From assembly GCF_001194135.2 (NCBI RefSeq), contig NC_068981.1:167671245-167735244 (forward strand): a stretch of DNA of 64,000 nucleotides, written 5' to 3'. Below the pieces are notes generated by a model. That model saw only the letters and a program-made list of their open reading frames with translations. It had not been told where the DNA came from and searched no databases. Below are positions 10,408-23,380 of the stretch, piece by piece. The stretch is from Octopus bimaculoides. Taxonomy: Eukaryota. The translations under genes and the position numbers were made by a program. Numbering within the stretch: position 1 is the stretch's first letter; each line of letters opens with the position of its first letter.

Positions 10408-11618
10408 TCCACATACAAACACACGCACACGCATTTGTGCTCATATGGAAAAATACAATTCTCAGGGGAAGAGGTGCCGTTTGTTGGTGAAGGAGGTCAG
10501 TATCTAAGAAATGAAACAGTGCATGAGTTGTCATTGAAGGAGATGGAATAAATAAATATCGCCATTCTCTATATTCCTCTGTTCGTTCAAAATGGCAAAC
10601 CTCAAGATATTTAATAATAGATTATGGAACATTTAGAAATTCTAAGATAATGGAGAGAAGACAGCATTGTATAATCATACTCACGCAAACACACAACTCC
10701 ATAAATAAGTCCATAAGCATATACAATGCATTCCACGTCTATTTATATATCTCTATTTCTCGATCACTGAAGTTATCTACATATCTGTCTTTCTGTCCGA
10801 CTTATGTTCATGCGCCTTTCTATCGCTTGCTAGCTACTTGATAGATGTTGTTCTGATGTTTACAGACCGATATAAATATTGAATCGTTACCATATGCTCA
10901 CTAGCATACGTTTATGTATATTATGTATACATGATCTGTCACACGCATACATGTATATGTACATGGACAGATACACAGCTGAAATCGAATCTACCGTCCA
11001 CTTTGCTCGCTTTCAACTAGAGTGAATTATTTTCGTTCAAGTCCGATTTGATTACAAAAGAAACAGAGATGAGTGAATCAAAGTAATCTTCTGTAGCTAA
11101 ACCTTTCCCCTAGTTTCCCACTGATATTACACAGGCTGGATGGATACTAGTGAATTTTAACCCATTACCTCCCATAATTCTATTAAATGGAATTTTTTTA
11201 ATGAAACTTTGATTTCTAGCATAAAACAGCCTTAGAAACACGCTGGAATGAAATAGAAATAAGCGAGATATTGGGTGAAAAATTAGCAAACCTCATTTGA
11301 ATATCAGAGAAATATACCTAGTAGATATAGCAAAAAGGTTAGATATGTGTAAATATTGACAGATAATTTCGAAATTTATATATCTCATATGAGATCACTG
11401 GTAGGTAATGGGCTAAGGGAATATATGATATCCATAACTGATTTACATTCGATGTTGATCCTTATAATCCACTATCGTACCTGTGTGATATCAATATGTA
11501 CACGTATATATATATATATATATGTGCATGTGTGCGTGCGCGTGTGTGTATGTGTACGTGCGTGTGTTTGTGTGTATGTGTGTGTGCATGTGTGTAAGTA
11601 TGTGTGTGTGGATATGCA

Positions 11619-11675
<57 letters not shown>

Positions 11676-12309
11676 NNNNNNNNNNNNNNNNNNNNNNNNN
11701 NNNNNNNNNNNNNNNNNNNNNNNNNNNNNNNNNNNNNNNNNNNNNNNNNNNNNNNNNNNNNNNNNNNNNNNNNNNNNNNNNNNNNNNNNNNNNNNNNNNN
11801 NNNNNNNNNNNNNNNNNNNNNNNNNNNNNNNNNNNNNNNNNNNNNNNNNNNNNNNNNNNNNNNNNNNNNNNNNNNNNNNNNNNNNNNNNNNNNNNNNNNN
11901 NNNNNNNNNNNNNNNNNNNNNNNNNNNNNNNNNNNNNNNNNNNNNNNNNNNNNNNNNNNNNNNNNNNNNNNNNNNNNNNNNNNNNNNNNNNNNNNNNNNN
12001 NNNNNNNNNNNNNNNNNNNNNNNNNNNNNNNNNNNNNNNNNNNNNNNNNNNNNNNNNNNAATGGGTGTCAAGAAGACCCAAAAGTGTCAGGTAATGCTGA
12101 GTAAGTGCTATGGACAGGTTCGGTGATTATCCCGGAAACAGCTTTATAAATGTTCTGAAATCTTTCACAGCCTTGGATTTTTATCTCATTCTGTTAATTT
12201 TATATATGTGTATGTGCGTGTGTGTGTGTGTGCGTGCGTGCGTGTGTGTGTGTGTGTGCGTGTGTGCGTGCGTGTGTGTCTGTGTGTGTTAGTGTGTGCG
12301 TGTGTGTGC

Positions 12310-12425
12310 GCTCGCTTGTGTCTGTGCTTGTCTCCACCACCACTTGACAACCGGTATCGGTGTGTTTGCTAACTCGCAACTTAATGGCTGAAACAAGTAA
12401 AAGAGTAAAAGAGTAAAAGAATAGA
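12310..12425 (+). mobile_element. SINE family B, internally deleted 3' part
   Basis: gtctgtgcttgtctccaccaccacttgacaaccgg...ctgaaacaagtaaaagagtaaaagag following a (TG)n tract. Confidence 0.7.
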
Positions 12426-13035
12426 TATTTCATATTTGGTATGATTCCATCTGGACCATAAATCATATTTAAACGAATATTTTCGAAACATCAATCTATA
12501 CAATAAAAACTAAAACGTTGCAATAATCGTAATTCAATTTAAACAAGACATCCGAAATACACTATGACCAAATCGCTAACGCCAGCATATGCGATGAAAA
12601 TTGAAAATTAAAATTTTAAAATAAACATTGACAGTTAATTAATATATCCTGATAAATATATTGATTATTAATACATTAAAACACATTGTTTCAAAGAACG
12701 ATATACGTCGAATCTAAAACTTCGCACTGTGGCCACTTCGTGCTTCATATTTCAACGATCTAGATCAACGCAATATGTGACTAAATATGAATGCGTAATT
12801 TTTATCCTCCGTTTCATGCTTAATTTGTATCCACCGAAAAGAGAGCGCAAAAGGTGCCGTACTGTGCCTGTAAGTCGACATATGCTCGGTATTACCATTC
12901 AGGTTTTGACCTGGGATGTTTTTTTCATTTTGATGTTTTATTTATCAAGTAAATACAGACTGCACCGTTTGTTGTGTAGAGTGATTGGTCAATGGAATTC
13001 ACTCCATTGTAAATACACACACACACACACACATG

Positions 13036-13077
<42 letters not shown>

Positions 13078-13569
13078 AGCGTGTGTATGTGCGTGTTTAT
13101 ACATATAGAGGAGTGTGTGCAACAATATACCAAAGACAGTAATTTATGAAACGTATCACTGTATAAGCAATTGTATACGAAGGAGTAAAGTTTTGAATAT
13201 GTATTTAATAATAGACTATTGAATATCTATAGAGGAATAGATTTTTTTAAAAGTTATCTAACATTTACGTCTTTTATCTCTGTTTTATTAACAAAACTTT
13301 AAAGTTCACCTAGGTTAACCTATTGAATCATTTATGAATAATATTGTCTAATACTTTAGTCTAATATAGTTCACTGTCTGATGAATACAGAGTCCTTTAA
13401 TTGTAAACAAAATAATTTTATGACCATCCCAATTCTGATATCAGTAAAGTTGAATTCATCAATATTCAATTTAGTCTGCAATATAAGAACTACTGGTTTC
13501 GGAAAGGAAATTGAAAACAACAGCAGCAACAAAAACTCTCCCAGACAAAAATAATTTAACGTGCGTCAA

Positions 13570-13750
13570 ATGGATGTTGTAGTTGTTATTGTTTAGTTCC
13601 ACATAAGTCCTGATTAAATATTGCACCCATTACCCTTTCATCTTTTCTCTTAAACGATACAGTAAACGATGGCGGTAAAATCTAAATATTTGCTGCTATT
13701 TCTAAGGATTTTTCTGACCCTTTAGAGGTTATTTCTAACAGTTGTAGACA
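13570..13750 (-). mobile_element. SINE family F (AAC tail), degenerate; relatives at about 19570-19620, 38720-38935, 46390-46600, 60675-60725 and 63925-64000
   Basis: Shared gctagaaatagcagc(c/a)aaat core and ggggctaaacaacaacaac-type tail among the copies. Confidence 0.55.
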
Positions 13751-14279
13751 CCAGACCAAAATTTTCATCAGGATTTTAAGCTTAAATTTTCTCGTTTTCG
13801 TTGTTGCTAGTGGTAGTGGTGTTGGTTGCATTTTCCTTCATTTCACTTTCTATCAAGAGGATAAGGAAGTAGAAAGACAAACAAGTGAAAAAAGGCATAT
13901 GGAATGTATTTAAATAAAAAGTTGCGAGTATAATTTACATGAAGTAATCAAGTCATATCTTTACAGCTGTTTCGTAAGATCGATAGCTAGTTGATATAAC
14001 GATATATATTAGCAAGAATGTGTAATATAAGGCAATATTTTTGGTATACATAGAAGTAGAGTAAGGTATCAATTAGCAAGGACTTTGATAGCTGTATGCA
14101 GCAAACTCACGGTATTTTCTTCAAATGAAAGGGGAATGTATATAGAATAGTGTTTATAGATTTCTTTTGCGTCGAAAAAATGAGAGAGATAGAGAGATGA
14201 AGAATAGATGGAGAAGAGAAAGGTATAGAAGTAGGTGGGGTAGACAGAAGGAAAGCGAAGGAGAAGAGAAGTGGATGTA

Positions 14280-14740
14280 TTTGTGAGAAGACGCGAAGTA
14301 TAGCTGGAGCGGGGACACAATTACAGGGAAGCGATTGAGTAGTCAAGACACAGGAGAGGAGGATGGAGAGGTGAGAGAATGTAGGGCTGCTAAATGTGAG
14401 TCTGTCAGTGTAAGGCTGTCCGCTATCGACACAAAACTTATAAACAGTGGATATAAAACTAAATGATGAGAGATATGGAGATACTAGTACAAAGGATCTA
14501 CATGATTCATATTAGACTGTGGATGGTTAAGAAATAAAAACGAAGCCTATCAAAGTATACAGACGAACAATGTATATATGTGACGGTAGGATCAAGTATA
14601 AAGATCACATATAAGGGAAAGTGAAATTGATGTTGGAGAATGACGGCGAGCAACAAACAAGAATGAAGAGAAGGGAATCCAAATGAGTCCTCACGACAGA
14701 AAGCAGACCTGAGAGTAGCATAGAGTTTGCGAGGCGGAGA
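14280..14740 (-). mobile_element. Probable Penelope-like element RT remnant
   Basis: Frameshifted minus-strand pieces HLDSLL, LFISFV..SLTL..HLAALHSL and PRSSYTSRLL loosely follow the PLE RT order YLD.IL / LLFTMDV.SLYT / GL.AL / MGPSYA.LF. Confidence 0.4.
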
Positions 14741-14785
14741 AACAGGAAAGTCATTGTAATAACGTTACCAAACAAGACGACGAGA

Positions 14786-14850
14786 TGGCAGAATCGTTAG
14801 CACGCCGGGCAAACTAATTAGCAGTACGTCGTTCGACTTTACGTTCTGAG
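14786..14850 (+). mobile_element. SINE family A, 5' fragment
   Basis: tggcagaatcgttagcacgccgggcaaa...tttacgttctgag. Confidence 0.75.
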
Positions 14851-14874
14851 GATGTCAATATTGATGATATTGTT

Positions 14875-14993
14875 GCTTACAGCCATATCACGTTGAATGC
14901 ACCGGTTCTCGTCCGATCACCGAAGTTAAGTAACGTTGAGCCTAGTAAGTACTTAGATGGGTGACCACTTGAGAAACCTGGATGATGCAAGCA
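14875..14993 (+). pseudogene. 5S rRNA pseudogene (full length)
   Basis: gcttacagccatatcacgttgaatgcaccggttctcgtccgatcaccgaagttaag...gtacttagatgggtgacc...gatgcaagca: 119 nt with box A and box C, scattered transitions versus invertebrate 5S as recalled, no oligo-T terminator. Confidence 0.9.
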
Positions 14994-15003
14994 TCTCACA
15001 CTA

Positions 15004-15215
15004 AGGCGATGAGCTGGCAGAATCGTTAGTATGCCGGGAAAATGCTTAACGACATTTCATCTGTCTTTTTGTTCTGAGTTCAAATTTCGCCGAGGTCAAC
15101 TTTGCCTTTTGTCCTTTCGAGGTAGATAAAATAAATACTAGTTGAACACTGGGGTTGATGCAATTGACTTAGCCCCTTCCCCGAAATTGCTGGCGTTGTG
15201 CCAAAATTCGAGACG
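15004..15215 (+). mobile_element. SINE family A (tRNA-derived), full copy
   Basis: A-box-like gagctggcagaatcgttag, B-box-like gagttcaaatt, core gactttgccttt...ggtagataaa, tail ttgtgccaaaatt. Confidence 0.85.
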
Positions 15216-15434
15216 AATGACATAACCTAGTATGGAAACAAAATAATAGTCGAATTGGTTTTCAGTAGACAACGAATGTTAAGAGGGAAGTAGAATACGA
15301 TCGAGTGGTGGAGAATCAACCACAAAAACTGATCTAGTTCAGTAAGAGCATAATAATTTATGGTAATATGCAAAAGTTTTGTAATAGTGATGACGGCAGA
15401 GGGTGATTACGTCAGAGAACCTATATATATAACC

Positions 15435-15468
<34 letters not shown>

Positions 15469-15833
15469 TGCATATATGGAGGGATGGATGGCTGGCTGGC
15501 TGGATGGGTGGATATGTATACATGTGTGTGTGCATAGAATTGTGTACAAGAGTATGTGTGAATACTCTATGTATATGAAAACTTTTTGCTATTTATATAT
15601 GTTTCCCCGTATAGGTATAGCGGCTCTCAGTCCCTATAAGCTATCCTTCCCGTCGAATCACTGATAAATATTTGGCTTTATTTTGTAATATCGAATTAAT
15701 TTTTTTATCTCATAATATTTCAGTCAGTGTGAACATACTGCATATGTTTTTTTACAACATATGCAAGTGCACAACATTATATGCATTATATGCAATGTAA
15801 TATACACTCATTATATCATAATATTATATCATG

Positions 15834-15887
<54 letters not shown>

Positions 15888-16360
15888 ACATACATACATA
15901 CATACATACGTACGTACGTACGTACATACATACATACATACATACATACATACATACATAAACGAGAGTAAAATAAAATCTGAAGACGTACCAGACTAAT
16001 AAAATTAATTTATGAAAAAATACTAACTGATCATATTACCTGTTCAGAAAGATGTAGATTCATCAATAATTAAATGAGTTTATGTGTAGGTGCTAAAAAT
16101 TTAATTATGTTCAGTCTCGCTCTGCATACATACAATATATGTATACATATGTACTATGAACGTATGTATTTATGTAGTATGTATTGATTTGTTTATTGAG
16201 GAGGAAATGGTAAATTACAAAACTCAATATGTAAATGTAATCTTTAACGCAATAGAACTGAAAGGCTCATAATTGTCACTAGTATTTTGAGTTTCACGTT
16301 TCCGCTCTTTCAGCTGATAAGCTAATCCTGGTTTCTCTTGACTTATATTCTCTTTGAATA

Positions 16361-16548
16361 CGAGGGGATCACGAAAGGCCTGGTTAGAGGCCCAAATCTC
16401 CGAGTTTATTTACAGGGCTTAGAAAAATTGAAGGACCGCTACCATAAGTGTGTGAATTTGAGAGGGGAATATGTTGAATGAAATCATAATTAACTGATTC
16501 TACTCTATTTTCTTTTACCCGAAGCCAGAAACTTTTCAGCACCCCTAC
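16361..16548 (+). mobile_element. Short non-autonomous mariner derivative (3' end plus TIR)
   Basis: Encodes GLEKLKDRYHKCVNLRGEYVE* (mariner C-terminus); ends acttttcagcacccct; inverted relative at 35899-36093. Confidence 0.7.
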
Positions 16549-16599
16549 ATATATGTTTTGAAATATTACACGAAAACCGAAAAGAAAAGTTTATCTGCA

Positions 16600-16935
16600 T
16601 GTTTGTGTTTAGTCTCACTACGCGGCACCATGGGCAAGTGTTTTCTATGATAGCTCTGGATCGACCAATGCCTTGAGAGTAAATTTGTTAGATGGAAACC
16701 GTGTGAAAGGCTGTCGTATGTGTCTGGGTGTATGTCTGTGTTTGTCCTCTTCATCGTTTGACAACCGATATTGGTCTGTTTTTGTGTCCATAACTTAAAG
16801 GTTCGGCAAAGTGACTGATAGAATTAGGACCAGACTTTGAAAGTAGGTACTGAGGTTGATTTTTCGGCTAAAATATTTCAAGGCGATGCCCCAGTTTAAC
16901 CGCGATCCAATGATTGAAACAAAGAGAAAGGGAGA
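16600..16935 (+). mobile_element. SINE family B, near-complete (tRNA head, internal TG tract, CR1-like tail)
   Basis: ggcaccatgggcaagtgttttct...ggaaac...tgtgtctgggtgtatgtctgtg...tgacaaccga...aaggcgatgccccag...tgattgaaaca. Confidence 0.8.
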
Positions 16936-17014
16936 AAAAATAAAAGAATGAGGCATGAAAAGCTACTGATCCAAGCTCATCGTTCATTTCATTTCTGGCT
17001 TTCGTAAGAATACC

Positions 17015-17155
17015 CCAAGCAACTCATTTTTGAGTGGACAGGAGCAAAGTGAAATAAGGTGAGCTGCTCAATGATACAACGCATCGCTAGGAATCGAAAT
17101 CACGGCCTTACGATAATGAGCCGAACACCCTAAAAATTAAGTCACGTGCCTTCAC
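17015..17155 (-). mobile_element. SINE family G, tRNA-derived 5' half
   Basis: Minus strand gaaggcacgtgactta...agggtgttcggctca...gatttcgattccta...ttgagcagctcacc...gctcctgtccactc: A box, B box and core. Confidence 0.7.
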
Positions 17156-17304
17156 ATCTGGTCAGACGTGTGCATTTTGACAACAAAGATGAATAAGTGT
17201 GTGTTAAAAGGTAGATTCTTTATTCGTTTTCCTTTCATTTCTGTAAATTACCTACGCCAAACATTTCTTCTCCTTTTTGAAAATATCTGAAGTAAGGCAA
17301 TAAA

Positions 17305-17355
17305 ACTGCTGTGCTGATGAGGCCTTTTGAGATAGAAACATGTATGCACAGCAGT
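17305..17355 (+). ncRNA. Minimal type I hammerhead-like motif, stem II decayed
   Basis: actgctgtg-CTGATGA-ggccttttgagata-GAAA-catg-TA-tg-cacagcagt: perfect 9-bp stem I, intact core, palindromic ACAUGU stem III. Confidence 0.5.
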
Positions 17356-18397
17356 CTAATTGTCACCAAGCAATCAGATTGTTTTTGATTCTTGAAATTT
17401 TCTCCTCTTTACATTTGGAGTTGGTCCCAATTGCCACTAAACTATCATATTTACTAATTTAGGAGCAGTGAAAGTTTCATTCTATCAAGAATGTACTTCA
17501 TATGCTTTTAAAATACCGTTGTTTTTGTTTTATACATACACAGGTGTGTATGTGTGTAAGTATGCATGCATTTATAGTTATGTGCTTCCTTGTGTGTACG
17601 TGTGTAGGTGTGCAACCTGATGGATGATTTTTCTTCGCTTCCCACGTTAAAGATAACGGAAGCGTCAGAACAAACTTATCCGTTTTATTATCTTCCCTAG
17701 CTTTCTAGATCCATCCATTCCCTTGTTCAACTCACTTTCTTTTCTCTTTAACATACCAACAGCGTTTATCAATCAAGTAACCAATCCACTAATCACACAA
17801 TCATTTGTGAAAAAAAAGCTAACAAGGCTTTGAGGAAACTAGGGGCGGGCCACATCGGAAAAAAAAACAAAGACAAAAGTGAAGACAAAATAATTAATAA
17901 AATATCCAACAAGGTTTTTCAAACCAGAATAGGAATTTCTGCGCAAATATCTCATAACTATTTATTTATCTGGCACTCTTTAGATGCTCCGTTGTAATAT
18001 TTGAAGGTAGGTCAGGTTGAATCAGAATTTGTTTCTCAATCTCAACTACTATTTATATGAATTTTAGCGTCCCCATGAAGATGTTAAATCACAATTTGAG
18101 AGATAATGGTTTACTCAGTTGCTCGAACTGCGAGAAATAACATCTTAATCTCCATCAAGTAGCAGTTTGCGATTTTACAAAATAGGGATACATTAGCTCA
18201 TAGAGATTTCTGCATGAAAAAAGATGTTTAGTCCTGATCTCCCTGCCCGAAACGTCAATATTCATCTACATTTATATGTATGCATTATGTATGCATTATG
18301 TATGCATGTATGTATGTATGTATGTATGTATGTATGTATGTATTATGTCTATTTATCTCTCTCTCTCTCGCTCTGCCTGTCTCTCTCTCTATATATA

Positions 18398-18431
<34 letters not shown>

Positions 18432-18578
18432 NNNNNNNNNNNNNNNNNNNNNNNNNNNNNNNNNNNNNNNNNNNNNNNNNNNNNNNNNNNNNNNNNNNNN
18501 NNNNNNNNNNNNNNNNNNNNNNNNNNNNNNNNNNNNNNNNNNNNNNNNNNNNNNNNNNNNNNNNNNNNNNNNNNNNNN

Positions 18579-18627
<49 letters not shown>

Positions 18628-18636
18628 TAGACAGAC

Positions 18637-18703
<67 letters not shown>

Positions 18704-19082
18704 GAGATTATTTGAGTCTGTCATACTATTCATATATTCATGTGCATATATATATATTGTCCTCTTTTCTGCCTCTCTCCAGAACCAACATCCTTCATAT
18801 TAACATTTTCTTCAGATTTGCTACTACCTACCGAGCCTTCACAAAAATAATGGTGACAGAGACAGAAAAAAGGAACATTTCCTACCTATTTGAAGTCTAT
18901 GGAAATATTTTTAATAACCATTTAATTTAATTTTTCCACAATTTTATTCTAAGTTGAACTAAAATGTTCTTCATGATAAAATTATTTTAATATTTTCTAT
19001 CTTGTCTTTTTTCCTTATACTTATCAATTCGTGTGTAACTTTTCAACCTTCTACTCACACACGTACATACATACATACATAT

Positions 19083-19132
<50 letters not shown>

Positions 19133-19355
19133 GTATGTATATATACGNNNNNNNNNNNNNNNNNNNNNNNNNNNNNNNNNNNNNNNNNNNNNNNNNNNNN
19201 NNNNNNNNNNNNNNNNNNNNNNNNNNNNNNNNNNNNNNNNNNNNNNNNNNNNNNNNNNNNNNNNNNNNNNNNNNNNNNNNNNNNNNNNNNNNNNNNNNNN
19301 NNNNNNNNNNNNNNNNNNNNNNNNNNNNNNNNNNNNNNNNNNNNNNNNNNNNNNN

Positions 19356-19420
<65 letters not shown>

Positions 19421-20072
19421 GAGATAGATAGTGAGATGCAAAACTACCCTGTAATTTAGAACACAGCAAAACCAGCATCGTATACAGAAGTACACATATT
19501 GCCTTCGATAACTTTAATGTCTCCCAAACCGTGTTAAGATTTCAAAACATTATTGTTGAGCCAACGAAGAAACTACTAGGCGGTCGTTTGGTCTGCTAGA
19601 ATTAGCAACTAAATCTGCTTTAAACTGTTTCCATGCCGCCTTTCGGCCGACTACAAGTATGCCATAGGTTTGTTCGATGGAAGACAACATGAATCTTTGA
19701 CAACAATAGCAACAATTAGTATTGTAAATCAGTTAAACACCTACGAATTTTGTGACATTTGGAAGAAGAAAAAATATCTACCATAACTCTTATTACAGTC
19801 GTACACATAGATATGTTCTTAGTTACAAAGTATATTTCAACATTGATTAACTGCTCACTTTCAGCACACACACACAATTCGTGAAAGAATTTTTCAAAGA
19901 GAGTACTTAAGTGTACTGAGTCGATGCAGTTACATGTGGTTTATAGCAACATGAGTGAATAAAGAACGAGTTATCAAAAGAACATAACATACAATACTTG
20001 TATTGATGTTGGATTAGGTGTTAAATCTTAACTGTACAGACAAATGAAGTGACAGAGAAGCCTGACGCAGAC

Positions 20073-20140
<68 letters not shown>

Positions 20141-20292
20141 TTAACTATAGTACATCTAGCATATATGAAAAGTAGCAATTACTTTCTAATTCAGAAGCTA
20201 GTCATAGACGGGAGACAGTATCCGTGATCGATGTAGGTGTTACCAGCCATGTCATCAATGCAATTGGCGTTCAAGACACACGCATGCATGCA

Positions 20293-20325
<33 letters not shown>

Positions 20326-21700
20326 NNNNNNNNNNNNNNNNNNNNNNNNNNNNNNNNNNNNNNNNNNNNNNNNNNNNNNNNNNNNNNNNNNNNNNNNNNN
20401 NNNNNNNNNNNNNNNNNNNNNNNNNNNNNNNNNNNNNNNNNNNNNNNNNNNNNNNNNNNNNNNNNNNNNNNNNNNNNNNNNNNNNNNNNNNNNNNNNNNN
20501 NNNNNNNNNNNNNNNNNNNNNNNNNNNNNNNNNNNNNNNNNNNNNNNNNNNNNNNNNNNNNNNNNNNNNNNNNNNNNNNNNNNNNNNNNNNNNNNNNNNN
20601 NNNNNNNNNNNNNNNNNNNNNNNNNNNNNNNNNNNNNNNNNNNNNNNNNNNNNNNNNNNNNNNNNNNNNNNNNNNNNNNNNNNNNNNNNNNNNNNNNNNN
20701 NNNNNNNNNNNNNNNNNNNNNNNNNNNNNNNNNNNNNNNNNNNNNNNNNNNNNNNNNNNNNNNNNNNNNNNNNNNNNNNNNNNNNNNNNNNNNNNNNNNN
20801 NNNNNNNNNNNNNNNNNNNNNNNNNNNNNNNNNNNNNNNNNNNNNNNNNNNNNNNNNNNNNNNNNNNNNNNNNNNNNNNNNNNNNNNNNNNNNNNNNNNN
20901 NNNNNNNNNNNNNNNNNNNNNNNNNNNNNNNNNNNNNNNNNNNNNNNNNNNNNNNNNNNNNNNNNNNNNNNNNNNNNNNNNNNNNNNNNNNNNNNNNNNN
21001 NNNNNNNNNNNNNNNNNNNNNNNNNNNNNNNNNNNNNNNNNNNNNNNNNNNNNNNNNNNNNNNNNNNNNNNNNNNNNNNNNNNNNNNNNNNNNNNNNNNN
21101 NNNNNNNNNNNNNNNNNNNNNNNNNNNNNNNNNNNNNNNNNNNNNNNNNNNNNNNNNNNNNNNNNNNNNNNNNNNNNNNNNNNNNNNNNNNNNNNNNNNN
21201 NNNNNNNNNTTTTAATGAAATTTTCTATGCATATATTATTTATTACGTAGATTCCAAATATACAAAAATTGTCGGTGAGGTGAAAGTGTTGTGGAAGGCG
21301 GTGGGGTACATTATTCGGAAATTCCACTTAAATTCCTCTTAACTTCCAGGAAAATGAATATTTTTTCATGAAATTTTGTACAAATGAATTTTGAAGGAAA
21401 CAACTACAGGTTATTTTTGAGAAGCGTTCCCCACTCGGTGGTGTTTTGGAGCAAGTCGTCTATATTTGTTACATTTTTCTCTATTATGTGCTTATGTGCA
21501 TCCTTAGATTTCTAATGAAGTAATAGGCAGTGAAGAGAAACAGTCATAAGAAAACTTTTAACTACCCCTATTCCTTTCTCCCCCCTCTCTACCTCTTCCT
21601 ATCTCGCTCTCTCAAAACCATACACGTGCAAGTACACAATCATTCAGTAAAATATAACTCATGTTCGTCAATGTTTTGTAAATTTACCACGATTTTCACT

Positions 21701-21851
21701 AGGGTGTTAGGATTAGGGTTTTAAGGTCAGGGTTAGGGTCTAGGATTAATGTTACGGTTACGTTTTTTAGGGTCAGGGTTAGAGTTAGGGTTAGGGTTTA
21801 GGGTTAGTGCTAAGGTTAGTGTTAGGATTAGGTTTAGGATTAGGGTTGGGT
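21701..21851 (+). repeat. Degenerate interstitial telomeric (TTAGGG-like) tract
   Basis: About 20 variants: ttaggg, tcaggg, ttagga, ttagtg, ttacgg. Confidence 0.85.
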
Positions 21852-22489
21852 AATCGTGCGGGTGTTAATCTGAAAAATTACAGATATGTGAAAAGTACCG
21901 ACCCTGCCATCTATTATAACTTTTGTTGTTCTGTTTAATATATACATAGATTATGCCTCCAAAGAAGAGAGTTTGCTGGGGAAAGACAGCAACCGGTTTC
22001 AAATGACAGCCACAGACTGCAGCAATTCACCACATTCCAGTAGCTACTTTGAACATAATGCAAAATGGTGCATCAACACCTTCTGCCCAATCTGATAGAA
22101 TTCTGGCAAAACTGTTTAGCAACAGATCGCCAGCAATTGCTTCATCACAAATTGCCATCCTTGCTCCTGTGAAAAGGGATTACCCTGTTATGTATAATCA
22201 GGGCAGCGCAAAAAGTTGTTTTGCACAAGCATTTCTATAGCCAATTACACGGATGAAATTTACGTATGCTTAATAATTTTACGCAAAACAGCCTTCAGAC
22301 TTTCCCTATTAATTTCATCGTCTTTTGAATTATGAACATATTTACATCATAAGGATTTTTTCGTTGTAAGGCTTTCTTTTTTAGTTGATTTTCAGCTAGC
22401 AAGACTTATCGTAGATGGCATAATAAGTCACGCTCGGACAAGGTTGGGTTATACTGCTAGTATATATATATAAATATATATATGTGTAC

Positions 22490-22569
22490 TTCCCGAGCGT
22501 TAAACTAATACATCCATTTGTTGTTTACACCACCTGTCTTCGTCTGTTGTTTTTTCGTAAAATTCTCCC
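22490..22569 (-). repeat. Dispersed repeat in (TA)n; inverted relative at 50321-50440
   Basis: ttcccgagcgttaaactaatacatcc...ttgttgtttacaccacctgtcttcgtctgttgtttttt...aattctccc is the reverse complement of 50321-50403. Confidence 0.85.
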
Positions 22570-22734
22570 ATATATATATATATATAGTAGAGAGTCTGAT
22601 AGAGTAGAAAATCGGTGTTACTTCCAATGCACCACTTAACCTAAACTCTTGGTTATCTGCATTCTCGAATTAGAACCTTGGGAAGCATTGAAAGTCCACT
22701 CCTCTGGAAACCTGGTCAAAGTAGTGCGTAACTC

Positions 22735-23135
22735 TTGCGAAGAGAAACATACAATACAGTTATGAAGACGAAGAATGACTATATAGCATATATAGCAACT
22801 GTGCCGACTACATCATCTCGGGCAAGGACGATGTACTACAATAGCTTGGGTTTCAAAGGCCAACAGCTATTTAACTGTCTGCCGAAGCATCTGAGGAGCC
22901 TCCATGGAGTGGATGTAGACATTTTCAAACGTGAACTTGATCTCCGGCTCGCCGAGATCCCGGATGAGCCAATATCTAGGCAAGAAACTCAAAACAGGGC
23001 AGTAACATCGAACTCCATCCTTCACCAAACGCCGCTCCGACAAAGATGGAAAAGTAGAAAGATGATTCCAATGGCGGTGCTCCAGCATGGCCACAGTCAT
23101 TGGACTGAAACATATAAAACAATAAAAGAATAAAA
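22735..23135 (+). mobile_element. CR1/L2-like LINE 3' end (ORF2 C-terminus plus 3' UTR)
   Basis: YYNSLGFKGQQLFNCLPKHLRSL..VDVDIFKRELDLRLAEIPDEP matches the CR1-group NSL...G..LFN.LP...FK..LD..L...PD.P motif; the tail is shared with SINE family B. Confidence 0.8.
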
Positions 23136-23160
23136 TAATATCATTATTATTAGTTACAGT

Positions 23161-23380
23161 AAGGCGGCGAGCTGGCAGAACTGTTAGCACGATGGACGAA
23201 ATGCTTAGCGGTATTTCGCCCGTCTCTATGTTCTGAGTTCAAATTGCGCCGAGGCTGACTTTACTTTTCATCCTTTCAGGGTCGATAAATTAAGTACCAG
23301 TTGAGTACTGGGGTCGTTGTAATCGACTATCCCCCTCCCCCAAAATTTCAGGTCTTGTGCTTATAATAGAAAGGATTATT
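23161..23380 (+). mobile_element. SINE family A, near-consensus copy
   Basis: aaggcggcgagctggcagaa...gagttcaaattgcgccgagg...gggtcgataaattaagtaccagttgagtactggggtc...ttgtgcttataatagaaag. Confidence 0.9.

Noticed and set aside
21990-22260. GC-richer, coding-like stretch (ORF 22049-22240)
   Set aside because: Stops in alternative frames and no motif I could recognise; possibly an old TE remnant.
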